Positions 7,301 through 16,038 of a DNA stretch of 23,723 nt are shown here, piece after piece. The DNA lies in assembly GCA_965648915.1 (NCBI GenBank), contig CBFGIV010000034.1, positions 1-23,723 of the forward strand, in the 5' to 3' direction. A model generated the notes under the pieces. It saw nothing but the letters and a program-made list of their open reading frames with translations. It searched no databases and was not told the origin of the DNA. Position 1 is the stretch's first letter, and every line of letters begins with the position of its first letter. Both the position numbers and the translations under genes were made by a program. The DNA is from a candidate division WOR-3 bacterium (lineage in GTDB: Bacteria; Hydrothermota; Tepidihabitantia; SM23-42; CAYGYG01).

Positions 7301-8674
7301 CTATTTTGCAACTACAATCTTTTCGACCCTTAGCCCTCCTCGAATGCAGTCTTTCACTCGAACGAAGTAGACGCCGCTTTTTACCGCCCGGCCGTTTTCA
7401 TCTTTTCCATCCCAGGTTAAAGTAATGTGCGATTCCGCCGGTAAATTCCCCGCGAGCCGACGGACGAGCGAACCCTGAAGGTCATAGATATCAACATTCA
7501 GATAAGACCCCACCCTGGAAATGAACTCGATACGGCACCCTTTAGCCGTCGGGTTGGGGGTGATCTTCAGTTCGCTCTTTTTGACCGTCTCTCTTCCCGA
7601 TCCTTCAGCCACTGAGGTTTTATATTCAAATTCATAAATTCCGCCATCCCTGGTTCCAACATAGACAAAATTTTTACTGCTTCCATTACGGCCCGGACCA
7701 AGGATAATGCCGTAAAGCAGACTGCCACCCGGTGTACCAATATTCCTGACCACCCAGTTGTTAGACTCGTAGCTGACTTCATAGACCTCAGGCGGTGTGT
7801 AGTTTGCAACATAGAGCCGGACTTTTCCATCATTCTGGCCATTACCAATTGCCATATTAAAATTGTGGGCCCCAACCGTGATGGTTGCAGTATTTACCCA
7901 ATTATTATTTTGATAGGTGTATTCGAATATACCAGAATACCGGGACAGAACATAGACTCGATTCGTATCATCATTTCTCCCTTTACCGACTAAAATCTTC
8001 ATCGGTTGAGTCGGCACCGACCCGACCGGGGTTGAAACCCACTGTCCATTTGTCCAGGTATATTCATTAATATTATTAGACTGGCTCTTAAAGATACGAT
8101 TAACTCCATCATTTCTTCCCGGACCAATATCAGTGCCAAAACCTCCATGACTACTGCCGATTGCATCAATAACCCACGAACCCCGATATGAGTATTCCCG
8201 TGCCGCAACCTGGGGTGGAGTGCTACCGCAGGCAAAATATACCCGGTTTGTATCATCATTCCGGCCCGAACCGACAATCACTTCGATCAGTTGTTGACCA
8301 CTTGCGCCCATATCGGTATATTGCCAATCATTGCCGGTATAGGTAAATTCCATCCCGCTACCTGGTGAACCATAAAATCCGCCAACATAGAGACGATTGA
8401 GACCGTCATTTCTTCCTTTACCCAGGGCCATTCGTTCGCCATACAAGGGCAGGGTGATTGTATCCGAATAGATCCAGGTTCCACCGGAAAAAGTAAATTC
8501 GCCGACCGTATAGGCACCACAGGCCAGACCATAGACCCGGAAAGTGTTATCATTCCTTCCCACACCAAGGGACAATCCGACGATATACTGCCCTGGATTT
8601 CCGACACTGGTGATGGTCCACTCGCCCAGAACAAAGATTGGGACCGACAGAGCAAAGACAAAAAATCTTCTCAT
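7301..8674 (-). CDS. Secreted 7-repeat beta-propeller protein with T9SS/FlgD-Ig-like CTD
   Basis: Signal peptide, then seven ~45-aa repeats GxGRNDxxxR(V/L)Y...E(F/Y)x(Y/W)xxxxW (the seventh is degenerate). CTD ITPNP...IYDLQGSLVRRL...WDGKDENG...SGVYFV...KIVVAK. SD AAGGAG. Confidence 0.85.
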   Translation of the reverse strand: MRRFFVFALSVPIFVLGEWTITSVGNPGQYIVGLSLGVGRNDNTFRVYGLACGAYTVGEFTFSGGTWIYSDTITLPLYGERMALGKGRNDGLNRLYVGGFYGSPGSGMEFTYTGNDWQYTDMGASGQQLIEVIVGSGRNDDTNRVYFACGSTPPQVAAREYSYRGSWVIDAIGSSHGGFGTDIGPGRNDGVNRIFKSQSNNINEYTWTNGQWVSTPVGSVPTQPMKILVGKGRNDDTNRVYVLSRYSGIFEYTYQNNNWVNTATITVGAHNFNMAIGNGQNDGKVRLYVANYTPPEVYEVSYESNNWVVRNIGTPGGSLLYGIILGPGRNGSSKNFVYVGTRDGGIYEFEYKTSVAEGSGRETVKKSELKITPNPTAKGCRIEFISRVGSYLNVDIYDLQGSLVRRLAGNLPAESHITLTWDGKDENGRAVKSGVYFVRVKDCIRGGLRVEKIVVAK

Positions 8675-8693
8675 AGTCTCTCCTTGATATCAT

Positions 8694-8721
8694 ATAATAA
8701 TACCGAACTGGAAAAAGTCAA
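8694..8721 (-). promoter_or_regulatory. sigma70-like promoter of the propeller gene
   Basis: TTGACT (8721-8716), 16-bp spacer, TATTAT (8699-8694). Confidence 0.55.
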
Positions 8722-8805
8722 GCCCAAATTCAGAATCGGACTTTCCTGTTAATATCGCCTTTAAAATCCTTAATTACGATGTTATGTCTGTCTACATTTC
8801 TTGTG

Positions 8806-8833
8806 TTGACATCTGGAGTAAATTTGCTATAAT
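8806..8833 (+). promoter_or_regulatory. Perfect-consensus sigma70 promoter with extended -10
   Basis: TTGACA (8806-8811), 16-bp spacer ending TGc, TATAAT (8828-8833). SD AAGGAGG at 8840-8846. Confidence 0.85.
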
Positions 8834-8851
8834 AATTTGAAGGAGGTCTTA

Positions 8852-8947
8852 ATGCCGTGTGGTCGAAAAAGGAAATTAAAGAAAATCAAGAAACATAAAT
8901 TGAAGAAACGGCGCAAGCGCGATCGTCATAAGAAGAAATTACGATAG
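8852..8947 (+). CDS. Small basic protein of the AURKAIP1/COX24-domain family (30S ribosomal protein bS22-like)
   Basis: MPCGRKRKLKKIKKHKLKKRRKRDRHKKKLR (31 aa) fits the MPxGxKRK...HKxKKRxxxxRHKKK pattern of Bacteroidota-type bS22. It has a strong promoter, an SD and a terminator, and is absent from the ORF track. Confidence 0.88.
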   Translation: MPCGRKRKLKKIKKHKLKKRRKRDRHKKKLR

Positions 8948-8981
8948 CGAAACATTCATATACTCAAAGACTTTTAACAAC

Positions 8982-9016
8982 GACGGCGGGTTTTTTAGGC
9001 CCGCCGTTCCAATTTT
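8982..9016 (+). terminator. Intrinsic terminator-like hairpin between convergent genes
   Basis: ACGGCGGG (8983-8990) pairs with CCCGCCGT (9000-9007). The downstream T-tract is imperfect (TCCAATTTT). Confidence 0.6.
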
Positions 9017-9114
9017 ATCGGAAACAAAAATTCCTAATATCCGATTTTCATTTGATCAATTGACAGAATAATCTCAACTAAACCGAGATAAAATTGGTTT
9101 AACAATCTTAAACT

Positions 9115-9825
9115 TTAAGGCAAGATTCTTTCGATTGCCTCCTTGCTAATCCAGCCGCCCATTCCACCTGGAAGTTGAACAAGAATATAATCACCTCGCT
9201 CATCTCGAATCTTGATTTCGGTGCCGTCGTGAATCAACAGAATCTCTTTATGATCTTGTGATGGACCACTCAGCGCAGTTACTTCGGGAACAACAACCAC
9301 CGCTTGATTTCCATCACACTCTTTCAGCCAGATCTGACCGGTGATAAAAAAATAGAAAAATAGAAAACTACTGAAACCTGCCAGATAGATTGCGATCCGC
9401 CTGCTCAAAATTAAATAGAAAGCAATAAGACAGGAAATAACAACGAAAGATAAAGTGCTTAAAATTGATGCCTCATATAATGAGAAAAAATGAAAAAAAT
9501 CAGCAAGGAATTTAATCAGCGGATTTTTGATAATATTCAATTTATCCACCCGATAGGCACGGGCGAAGTCCAGGTTATGGATAATATCTCGATCCCGGGG
9601 TTTCAGAATGTATGCCCGGCGATAATTAACAATCGCCTTGCCGATCTGGCCTTTTTTGAAATATGCATTACCTAAATTGTAGTAGAGGTCACCATTGACA
9701 ATCTTTTTCACCGCCGAATCATAAGCGACAATCGCCTCGTCAAATTTGCCTTCGCTGTAAAATTTATTCCCCAGATTATAAAATTCGGTTGCCGAGAGTT
9801 GGGTTAAGAAAAATAAGAGAATCAT
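9115..9825 (-). CDS. batE: BatE-like TPR + SH3 protein
   Basis: N-terminal TPRs (YYNLGNAYFK...HNL), two TM segments and a C-terminal SH3b-like domain (SGPS...IHDGTEI...GWI). ATG 9825 forms an ATGA overlap with batD. Confidence 0.85.
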   Translation of the reverse strand: MILLFFLTQLSATEFYNLGNKFYSEGKFDEAIVAYDSAVKKIVNGDLYYNLGNAYFKKGQIGKAIVNYRRAYILKPRDRDIIHNLDFARAYRVDKLNIIKNPLIKFLADFFHFFSLYEASILSTLSFVVISCLIAFYLILSRRIAIYLAGFSSFLFFYFFITGQIWLKECDGNQAVVVVPEVTALSGPSQDHKEILLIHDGTEIKIRDERGDYILVQLPGGMGGWISKEAIERILP

Positions 9826-11603
9826 AGACAATTTAATATCTGCCGGGCACGCCGCAGTACCTCTTCAGGTTTGCATTCAGCTGAGAAAACAGGCGCAAAA
9901 CGCTCGTGATCACATAGATCGACAACCTCGATCAAATCTTTAATGACTTCGGACTTAACACCATTCCTTGCCAGTTCAACCTTCAACTGATCCCGGGTTA
10001 AAGTCTGGGTCTCAAGATTGTAACGATCACCGATATAGCCAAGGATTGCCTGAACCAGTGAACCAAAAAATTCTCTCTTCGCACCCCGTTTGCAATAATG
10101 ATCGACCTCACTGAGGCGTTTCTTTAAGAATCGGTTACACCTCATCCTTCGGGCATAACTTTGGTCACTGACTAATCTTGTCTGGTGGTGATGGAAGATA
10201 AAAGAAAAACCGATGATTAAGAAAGAAAGGAGATAACCCAAAAACAACCATCTTGCGGGCTTGAAGTCCTGAGACCTCAATCTCGGAACATCGGCCTTTA
10301 TATAATTTATATCCGTGCCCATTACCTTCAAACCGCTGGCCTCTTCCTGCCCCCGCGCCACCGCAGTTCCCGAGGCAATGAATTTCAATGGGTCGGTTTC
10401 AATAACTTTATATCCCTTCATCTTCAAATCATAATAGGCAATCCTTATTGGTGGGATGAGATAACCGCCATCGGTCTGGGGAATAACTGGATAACGAAAC
10501 TCTTTATAACCCCGAATAAGATCACCTGCAGTCTGGATGGCCTCTTTGGTTTCCGGCGTTAAAATTTTCAAACCGGAAATGGTCGGAATTGCTGGTTTTT
10601 CGATCAGACGTATATTGCCTGTGCCTGATATCCGAACCGTAAGATATACCGGCTCACCCTGTTTAGAACTGTCTTTATCCAGACCTGCCTTGATACTAAA
10701 ATTACCTACCCCACCGCTGAATTCAGCAGGTCTCCCTTCCTCAGGTAGAGGCAAGACCTTGATCGTAAGCGATTTTGATTCAATCGGGATATTTCGGGTG
10801 GTTCCGAAAAAATCGAAGAAATCGCGGGGCGGTTCGACAATCGAAATCACCATTGACATTGGCTCAATCTTTAAATCTCCGGGAGTCATCGGGAATAGAG
10901 CCACGCGCTTAAGCAATGCCACATCATAAAGTCGACCATCAATTCTCTTTCGCTCGAAATTGAGCCGTGTCGCCTCAAATAGTTTCTCTGCCCAGAATCC
11001 CTGGAAACTCGGGAATTGAACCGAGGTGATATCATTTATATTGAGCCGGGTACAGAGTGAGAATTCAACATTGATCTGCTCACCGACATATACAGTCTTG
11101 CGGTTAGCACTGGCAACTACCATAAGGTTGTTCTCAACCGGACCCTGGTCCGGTGCCGGTGTTCGGCTGGTTGGCGGTGATGGCTGGGACGGAGGAATCG
11201 AAGGACTGCCTTTAACCACCTCAATCTCGATGGGCTGGGTCTCATAGACCCGATCCTTATGTTTTAACCGGCAGGGGCCAATAGTAAATTTACCGAGTCT
11301 CTTTGGACTGAGATAGTATATATAAGTAATCGTTGTCTGCTGGCTCATCTTGCCATTTATGAATTGAATACTCGTTGACTGTGATGAAGAACGGTTGAGA
11401 ATAGTAAAATCAGCGAGCGGCGGTAGTTCGGGCGCTGTGACCCCACCAACATCCTCCCCTTCCACGGTAACATTCAGGGTGAACTCCTGGCCAAGCCCAA
11501 CCGTCGTCTGGCTAACCGTGGCCGAAAATTGAATCTCACCGGCGCCAAGAATCACCGGTATGAGTAGAGAGAATATATATTTACTACCAATCTTTCTCAA
11601 CAT
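9822..11603 (-). CDS. batD: BatD family protein
   Basis: Signal peptide, repeated BatD Ig-like modules (SSQSTSIQFINGK, VYVGEQI, FSGGVGNF, GTGNI), C-terminal TM and position in the operon. Confidence 0.9.
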   Translation of the reverse strand: MLRKIGSKYIFSLLIPVILGAGEIQFSATVSQTTVGLGQEFTLNVTVEGEDVGGVTAPELPPLADFTILNRSSSQSTSIQFINGKMSQQTTITYIYYLSPKRLGKFTIGPCRLKHKDRVYETQPIEIEVVKGSPSIPPSQPSPPTSRTPAPDQGPVENNLMVVASANRKTVYVGEQINVEFSLCTRLNINDITSVQFPSFQGFWAEKLFEATRLNFERKRIDGRLYDVALLKRVALFPMTPGDLKIEPMSMVISIVEPPRDFFDFFGTTRNIPIESKSLTIKVLPLPEEGRPAEFSGGVGNFSIKAGLDKDSSKQGEPVYLTVRISGTGNIRLIEKPAIPTISGLKILTPETKEAIQTAGDLIRGYKEFRYPVIPQTDGGYLIPPIRIAYYDLKMKGYKVIETDPLKFIASGTAVARGQEEASGLKVMGTDINYIKADVPRLRSQDFKPARWLFLGYLLSFLIIGFSFIFHHHQTRLVSDQSYARRMRCNRFLKKRLSEVDHYCKRGAKREFFGSLVQAILGYIGDRYNLETQTLTRDQLKVELARNGVKSEVIKDLIEVVDLCDHERFAPVFSAECKPEEVLRRARQILNCL

Positions 11604-13269
11604 CTTCCCTCTTTGGTCGTTCCTTCCTTTTTTTCATATTTGTCTTCTCCTGATCAAGCAAAGCCTGAAGGACACGGTTTGCTTCATCCCGATCCATCAT
11701 CTGTTGTTCGGGTCCGGGTTGGGGTTGCGGTCTTGGTTGTTGTTCCGATTGCTTTTGACTGGAGTCGCTCTTGGGTTGATTTTTCTGATCGGATTTTATC
11801 TTAAGGCAGAATTCAAGATTCTGTTTGGCCTCGATATCCCGGGGATTGAGTATTAAAGAGGTCTTAAAGGAGTTGATCGCCGCATCAATCTGACCCTGCT
11901 TAAATTGACAATTCCCAATATTGTAGAAGGTCGCAGCCTGGGATTTTTTATCTCTGGTCAGAAGAGCCAGCTGGAATTCAGCAATTGCCTCTGGATATTT
12001 ATTGAGTCGATACAGGGCACGGCCGATATTATAGTGGATCCTGGTATTATCCGGTTCCTGAACCAGGGCTTCCTGATATTTCTTTAACCCCTCTTCATAC
12101 TGGCCTTTACTAACGAGTGCATTACCTTTGCGCATACACGATCCAACATCAGCCCTGGAGAATGTAATCGCGAGAACGAGCAAAAATGTCTTAATTACAA
12201 TCGTATTCTTGCGGGGTAAAGTAATGTATCGGGCGATTGCTTTAAACAGTTCCTGAATCGAATCCCTCAACCAGTTTCCAGATCGGTCACTGATAAAGAT
12301 CCCTATGTATATCAAAATAAAAGCAGTGAGGAGAAAAGATTGGTAACGCTCTTCATACTGGATATATTCACCACCACCAATATCTTTCTTCTTCATCCTA
12401 TCCAGTTCCTCAGTCAAACGATTCACCAGAAACCCTTCTGAGCGGAAATAACGGCCATCGGTCAATTTTGCAATGACCAGTAGTTCCCGTTCGGCCAGAC
12501 GCGAAATTACAATATTATTATCTTTGTCCTTTTTGTACTGAATGAAGTTACCCTGCTCGTCCAGGATGGGGATGGGCGAACCTTCGATCGAACCAATCCC
12601 GATCGCAAAAATCCTTATATTCTTTTCCGCAGCCTCTTTGACCGCTGACATAAAATTGCCTTCAAGGTTTTCACCATCGGTTATAAGAATTAATGCGCGA
12701 CCGACATCCTCTTTTGGATTGAATAGTGAAGATGAAACCCTGATTGCCTTCTCGATGTTTGTCCCCGGCCGGGGGATAGAACCAGGTTCAATAATATCAA
12801 GAAATAATTTTGCCGCTTCGAGGTCAGTGGTTAAAGGGCACATTACATAGCAATCACCGGCGAAAGCGGTGATCCCTACCTGGTGCGCGCCTAAGTTATC
12901 AATTAGACAACTGGTCTCGCTCTTTGCTCGTTCCAGACGTGAGGGCTTGACATCCTGAGCCAGCATACTCTTGGATGCATCAAGGGCAATTACAACATCG
13001 ATCCCGCGTCCTTTATAGATCTGTAACTTTTCTCCCCATTTGGGTCGAGCCAATCCTACAATCAAAAAGATAAAACCAATAAGCAAGAGCACCATCTTAA
13101 GCCAGTTCATTTTCGCATTGAAGGATTTCATAATTGAATTGACCAGACTACTGCTGACATAATTTCTTATCGTCCTCTGCCGCTGGTAATATGAAATTAT
13201 ATAGATAATGGCAATGAGCGGAACCAGTCCAAGGAGATATAGATACTTTTGAGCAGCCCAGACTATCAC
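11584..13269 (-). CDS. BatB-BatC fusion (VWA + TPR)
   Basis: N-terminal TM with LARPKWG, VWA MIDAS DASKS...ITDGE, a TM segment, TPRs (YNIGN...AKQNLE), a Q/P-rich linker and the BatC-like end EKDW. Confidence 0.88.
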   Translation of the reverse strand: MIVWAAQKYLYLLGLVPLIAIIYIISYYQRQRTIRNYVSSSLVNSIMKSFNAKMNWLKMVLLLIGFIFLIVGLARPKWGEKLQIYKGRGIDVVIALDASKSMLAQDVKPSRLERAKSETSCLIDNLGAHQVGITAFAGDCYVMCPLTTDLEAAKLFLDIIEPGSIPRPGTNIEKAIRVSSSLFNPKEDVGRALILITDGENLEGNFMSAVKEAAEKNIRIFAIGIGSIEGSPIPILDEQGNFIQYKKDKDNNIVISRLAERELLVIAKLTDGRYFRSEGFLVNRLTEELDRMKKKDIGGGEYIQYEERYQSFLLTAFILIYIGIFISDRSGNWLRDSIQELFKAIARYITLPRKNTIVIKTFLLVLAITFSRADVGSCMRKGNALVSKGQYEEGLKKYQEALVQEPDNTRIHYNIGRALYRLNKYPEAIAEFQLALLTRDKKSQAATFYNIGNCQFKQGQIDAAINSFKTSLILNPRDIEAKQNLEFCLKIKSDQKNQPKSDSSQKQSEQQPRPQPQPGPEQQMMDRDEANRVLQALLDQEKTNMKKRKERPKREDVEKDW

Positions 13270-14243
13270 GGGATCCTCCTCAGGATTGTCGTCGAAAGGA
13301 GGATCCCGGTCAGGAAGAATACAAAGGCCGGGAAGATAAACTTATCTGCCTTCTCTGAATAGACCGTGTGACGACTGACCTTGAAAGTCGTCGGTTCCAA
13401 TCTATCAATCTCTTCATAGATTTTCTTAAGTCCCTCGCCATCGGTTGCCAGAAATGCCTTTCCACCGGTCAGGGCTGAAATCTCTCTTAAGGTATTCATA
13501 TCGAAATCGATCTCGGTCTGGACATACCTTTTGCCGAAGATCGGATGAAAGACCGGATAGGGAACTAGTCCTTTAGAGCCGACCCCGATTGAATATACCT
13601 TGATTTTATAACTCTGTCCAATCTTTGCTGCGGTAATCGGATCTATTTCACCCGCGTTATTGAGGCCATCGGTAAGCAAAACTACAATTCTCTCCTTCGC
13701 CTTAGAGTCCTTGAGCCGGGCAACCGCGGTCGCCAGTCCCATGCCAATGGCCGTGCCATCAGGGATAAGCCCGAGATCTACGCGGTCGATCAGGTCAGTA
13801 AGAATCTTGTGGTCCAGTGTCAGCGGACACTGGGTGAATGCCTGCCCGGCAAAAACAACCAGGCCTATCCGATCACCGGTTCTCCGGGCAACAAATTCTT
13901 TAGCCCTCTCTTTGGCGACATAGAGTCGATTTTTTGGACTAAAGTCTTCAGCCTGCATTGTCCCGGAGATGTCGAGGCAGAGGATGATGTCTACCCCACG
14001 GGTCTCAATCTCTTCAAACATCCTCCCCTTCTGGGGTCGCGCCAGACCGAAGATACTCAAACCAAGGCTGACGAAGAGACAGATCTGGGGGATACTACTT
14101 AAGAATCTACCTCCCCTGCTGATCTTCCTAAGATAAGACAGATCAGAAAAACTGACTGCCCCGCGCTTTTTAAACATTTCCCAGAGAATGAGTAGTGCAA
14201 GGGGGAGAAAGAGGATGAAGTAGATCGGATCGGCAAATCTCAT
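13266..14243 (-). CDS. batA: BatA VWA-domain protein
   Basis: MRFADP, LARPQ, DISGTM, DRIGLVVFA, GTAIGMGLA, LLTDGLNNAGEIDP and IYEEIDRLE. Confidence 0.92.
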   Translation of the reverse strand: MRFADPIYFILFLPLALLILWEMFKKRGAVSFSDLSYLRKISRGGRFLSSIPQICLFVSLGLSIFGLARPQKGRMFEEIETRGVDIILCLDISGTMQAEDFSPKNRLYVAKERAKEFVARRTGDRIGLVVFAGQAFTQCPLTLDHKILTDLIDRVDLGLIPDGTAIGMGLATAVARLKDSKAKERIVVLLTDGLNNAGEIDPITAAKIGQSYKIKVYSIGVGSKGLVPYPVFHPIFGKRYVQTEIDFDMNTLREISALTGGKAFLATDGEGLKKIYEEIDRLEPTTFKVSRHTVYSEKADKFIFPAFVFFLTGILLSTTILRRIP

Positions 14244-15115
14244 CGCTTCACCTCGGTCTCGACCGTTGGTATGGTATGATTAACCAGTTCCCGGACCTGA
14301 ATCAGGGCCTGCTCAATCTCTTTCGGCGCCGGGACAAATTTAGCATACTTGACAAAATCGGCATTATGAAAGAACCGGGTAAAGTCATCGCGCAACGGCA
14401 CCCGGCGCAACTTCAAATTGGTTGCAATCTCGGTGGTCGTCTGATCCCGGGCAGCAAAATCATACCGCCTTTCAATATAGCGTTTTAAAATCTCAGAAAG
14501 GGCATAGTAGTATCTCTTAACCTGACCTTCAGCCAGCCATTCTTGCAGGGGGATTCGGTCCAGTGCCAGTAGAGCCTCAGTCCAGGGAGGTAGTTGTTCC
14601 TCTTCTCTAACCGTGCGCTGCCTGACCCTCTTGAAAACCTTCAATCCTAAATATGTTAAACCTGCTCCAATCACGGCTATACCCAAGGCAATCCAGGGCC
14701 GATAGTCAGGAAAACCGAAAGGTTTTTTAATATCATTAATATCAGCCATTTCTTTCTTCATCACACTGATAACCTTCAGGCGCGACTTTGGGCTCATCAG
14801 CGAATCGACCCGATTACTATCCTGAATTAGAAACCTAAAACCCGGTGTTTCAATCTCACCGGTCGCAAATGGCGCAAGCCGGATCCGGTAGGTCGTTGTC
14901 GCCAGACCCTTCTCCTGAATTATATCTCTCTTCTGATCCAAAACCATAAATGGGCCTAAAGAGTCCAGGAGAGGTTCTGATATCTTAAGGCCCGGGGGCG
15001 CAGTTACTTTAATCTCCATTTCAAAAGGATCGCCGACGGTCAACTTTCGATTCAAATAGTCGGGAAGAATTCGTGCATCAATATTGACTTTTAAGAGAAG
15101 AAAGAAGAGAATCAT
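14240..15115 (-). CDS. Conserved bat-operon membrane protein (between DUF58 and batA)
   Basis: Ig-like N-terminus (TVGDPF), DIK followed by a TM, YYYALSEILKRYIE, TTxEI and ADFVKYAK. Confidence 0.85.
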   Translation of the reverse strand: MILFFLLLKVNIDARILPDYLNRKLTVGDPFEMEIKVTAPPGLKISEPLLDSLGPFMVLDQKRDIIQEKGLATTTYRIRLAPFATGEIETPGFRFLIQDSNRVDSLMSPKSRLKVISVMKKEMADINDIKKPFGFPDYRPWIALGIAVIGAGLTYLGLKVFKRVRQRTVREEEQLPPWTEALLALDRIPLQEWLAEGQVKRYYYALSEILKRYIERRYDFAARDQTTTEIATNLKLRRVPLRDDFTRFFHNADFVKYAKFVPAPKEIEQALIQVRELVNHTIPTVETEVKR

Positions 15116-16009
15116 CTAACGAAACCTCCGGGCCCGGACGTCAAAAAATTTGTGGAGTTCAGGAACAAAATCTTCTCTGGTTTGAAGTTCAATCCGATCG
15201 ATACCGAGCGAATTGAGCAAACGCTCCCGTTCTTCAACAATCTTCTGTTTATGTTCTTGATAGCGTTTTAATAATCCGGGTTCGGCAGTGTTTACCGTTA
15301 ATAACGCGGCGGTTTCGAGGTCCTCAAATTCAATCAGTCCAATCTTAGGTAGTTCGTATTCCATCGGATCGGTAATGGTGATGACAATCAGGTCATGTTT
15401 TCGGGCCACTATCCCTAAGGGGCGGCGTATGTAATCTGGGGCAAATTTTTCACCAATGAAATCACTGATGAAAAAGATAATCGCTCGATGCTTCAGGATG
15501 TGCATCAGAAATTCAAAGGCGAGTACCGGATCGGTTCCACGACCCCGGGGATTAAAATAGAGAATATCCCGGATAAGCCTCAGAACATGAAATCTCCCTT
15601 TTTTCGCTGGGACATACCGCTCAATCCGATCAGTAAAGAATAAGAGCCCAACTTTATCATTATTCTTAACCGCGGAAAATGCCAGGGTAGCGGCGATCTG
15701 AGCGGCGAGATCGATCTTCAGATAGTTATATGAGCCAAAATGGCAGGAACCCGAGGCATCGACACAGAGAATCACCGTCAACTCCCGTTCCTCAGAAAAC
15801 TTCTTAACAAAAGGTCGCCCCATCCGGGCGGTAACCTTCCAATCGATCGATCGGACATCATCTCCAGGCAGGTATTCTCGAACATCGGAGAATTCAACCC
15901 CGGTTCCTTTGAAGACTGACTTATATTCACCGGCAAATATTGTGTTAACCATCTTCTTGGTTCGAATTTCGATTGCCCTTATCTTTTTAATAAAATCTAA
16001 CGGGATCAT
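15116..16009 (-). CDS. DUF58 domain protein (MoxR partner)
   Basis: GEYKSVFKGTGVEFSDVREYLPGDDVRSIDWKVTAR, EEREL, DASGS and ISDF. Confidence 0.93.
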   Translation of the reverse strand: MIPLDFIKKIRAIEIRTKKMVNTIFAGEYKSVFKGTGVEFSDVREYLPGDDVRSIDWKVTARMGRPFVKKFSEERELTVILCVDASGSCHFGSYNYLKIDLAAQIAATLAFSAVKNNDKVGLLFFTDRIERYVPAKKGRFHVLRLIRDILYFNPRGRGTDPVLAFEFLMHILKHRAIIFFISDFIGEKFAPDYIRRPLGIVARKHDLIVITITDPMEYELPKIGLIEFEDLETAALLTVNTAEPGLLKRYQEHKQKIVEERERLLNSLGIDRIELQTREDFVPELHKFFDVRARRFR

Positions 16010-16038
16010 TGATAAATTGAATTTTTAAAAATCTCGGT

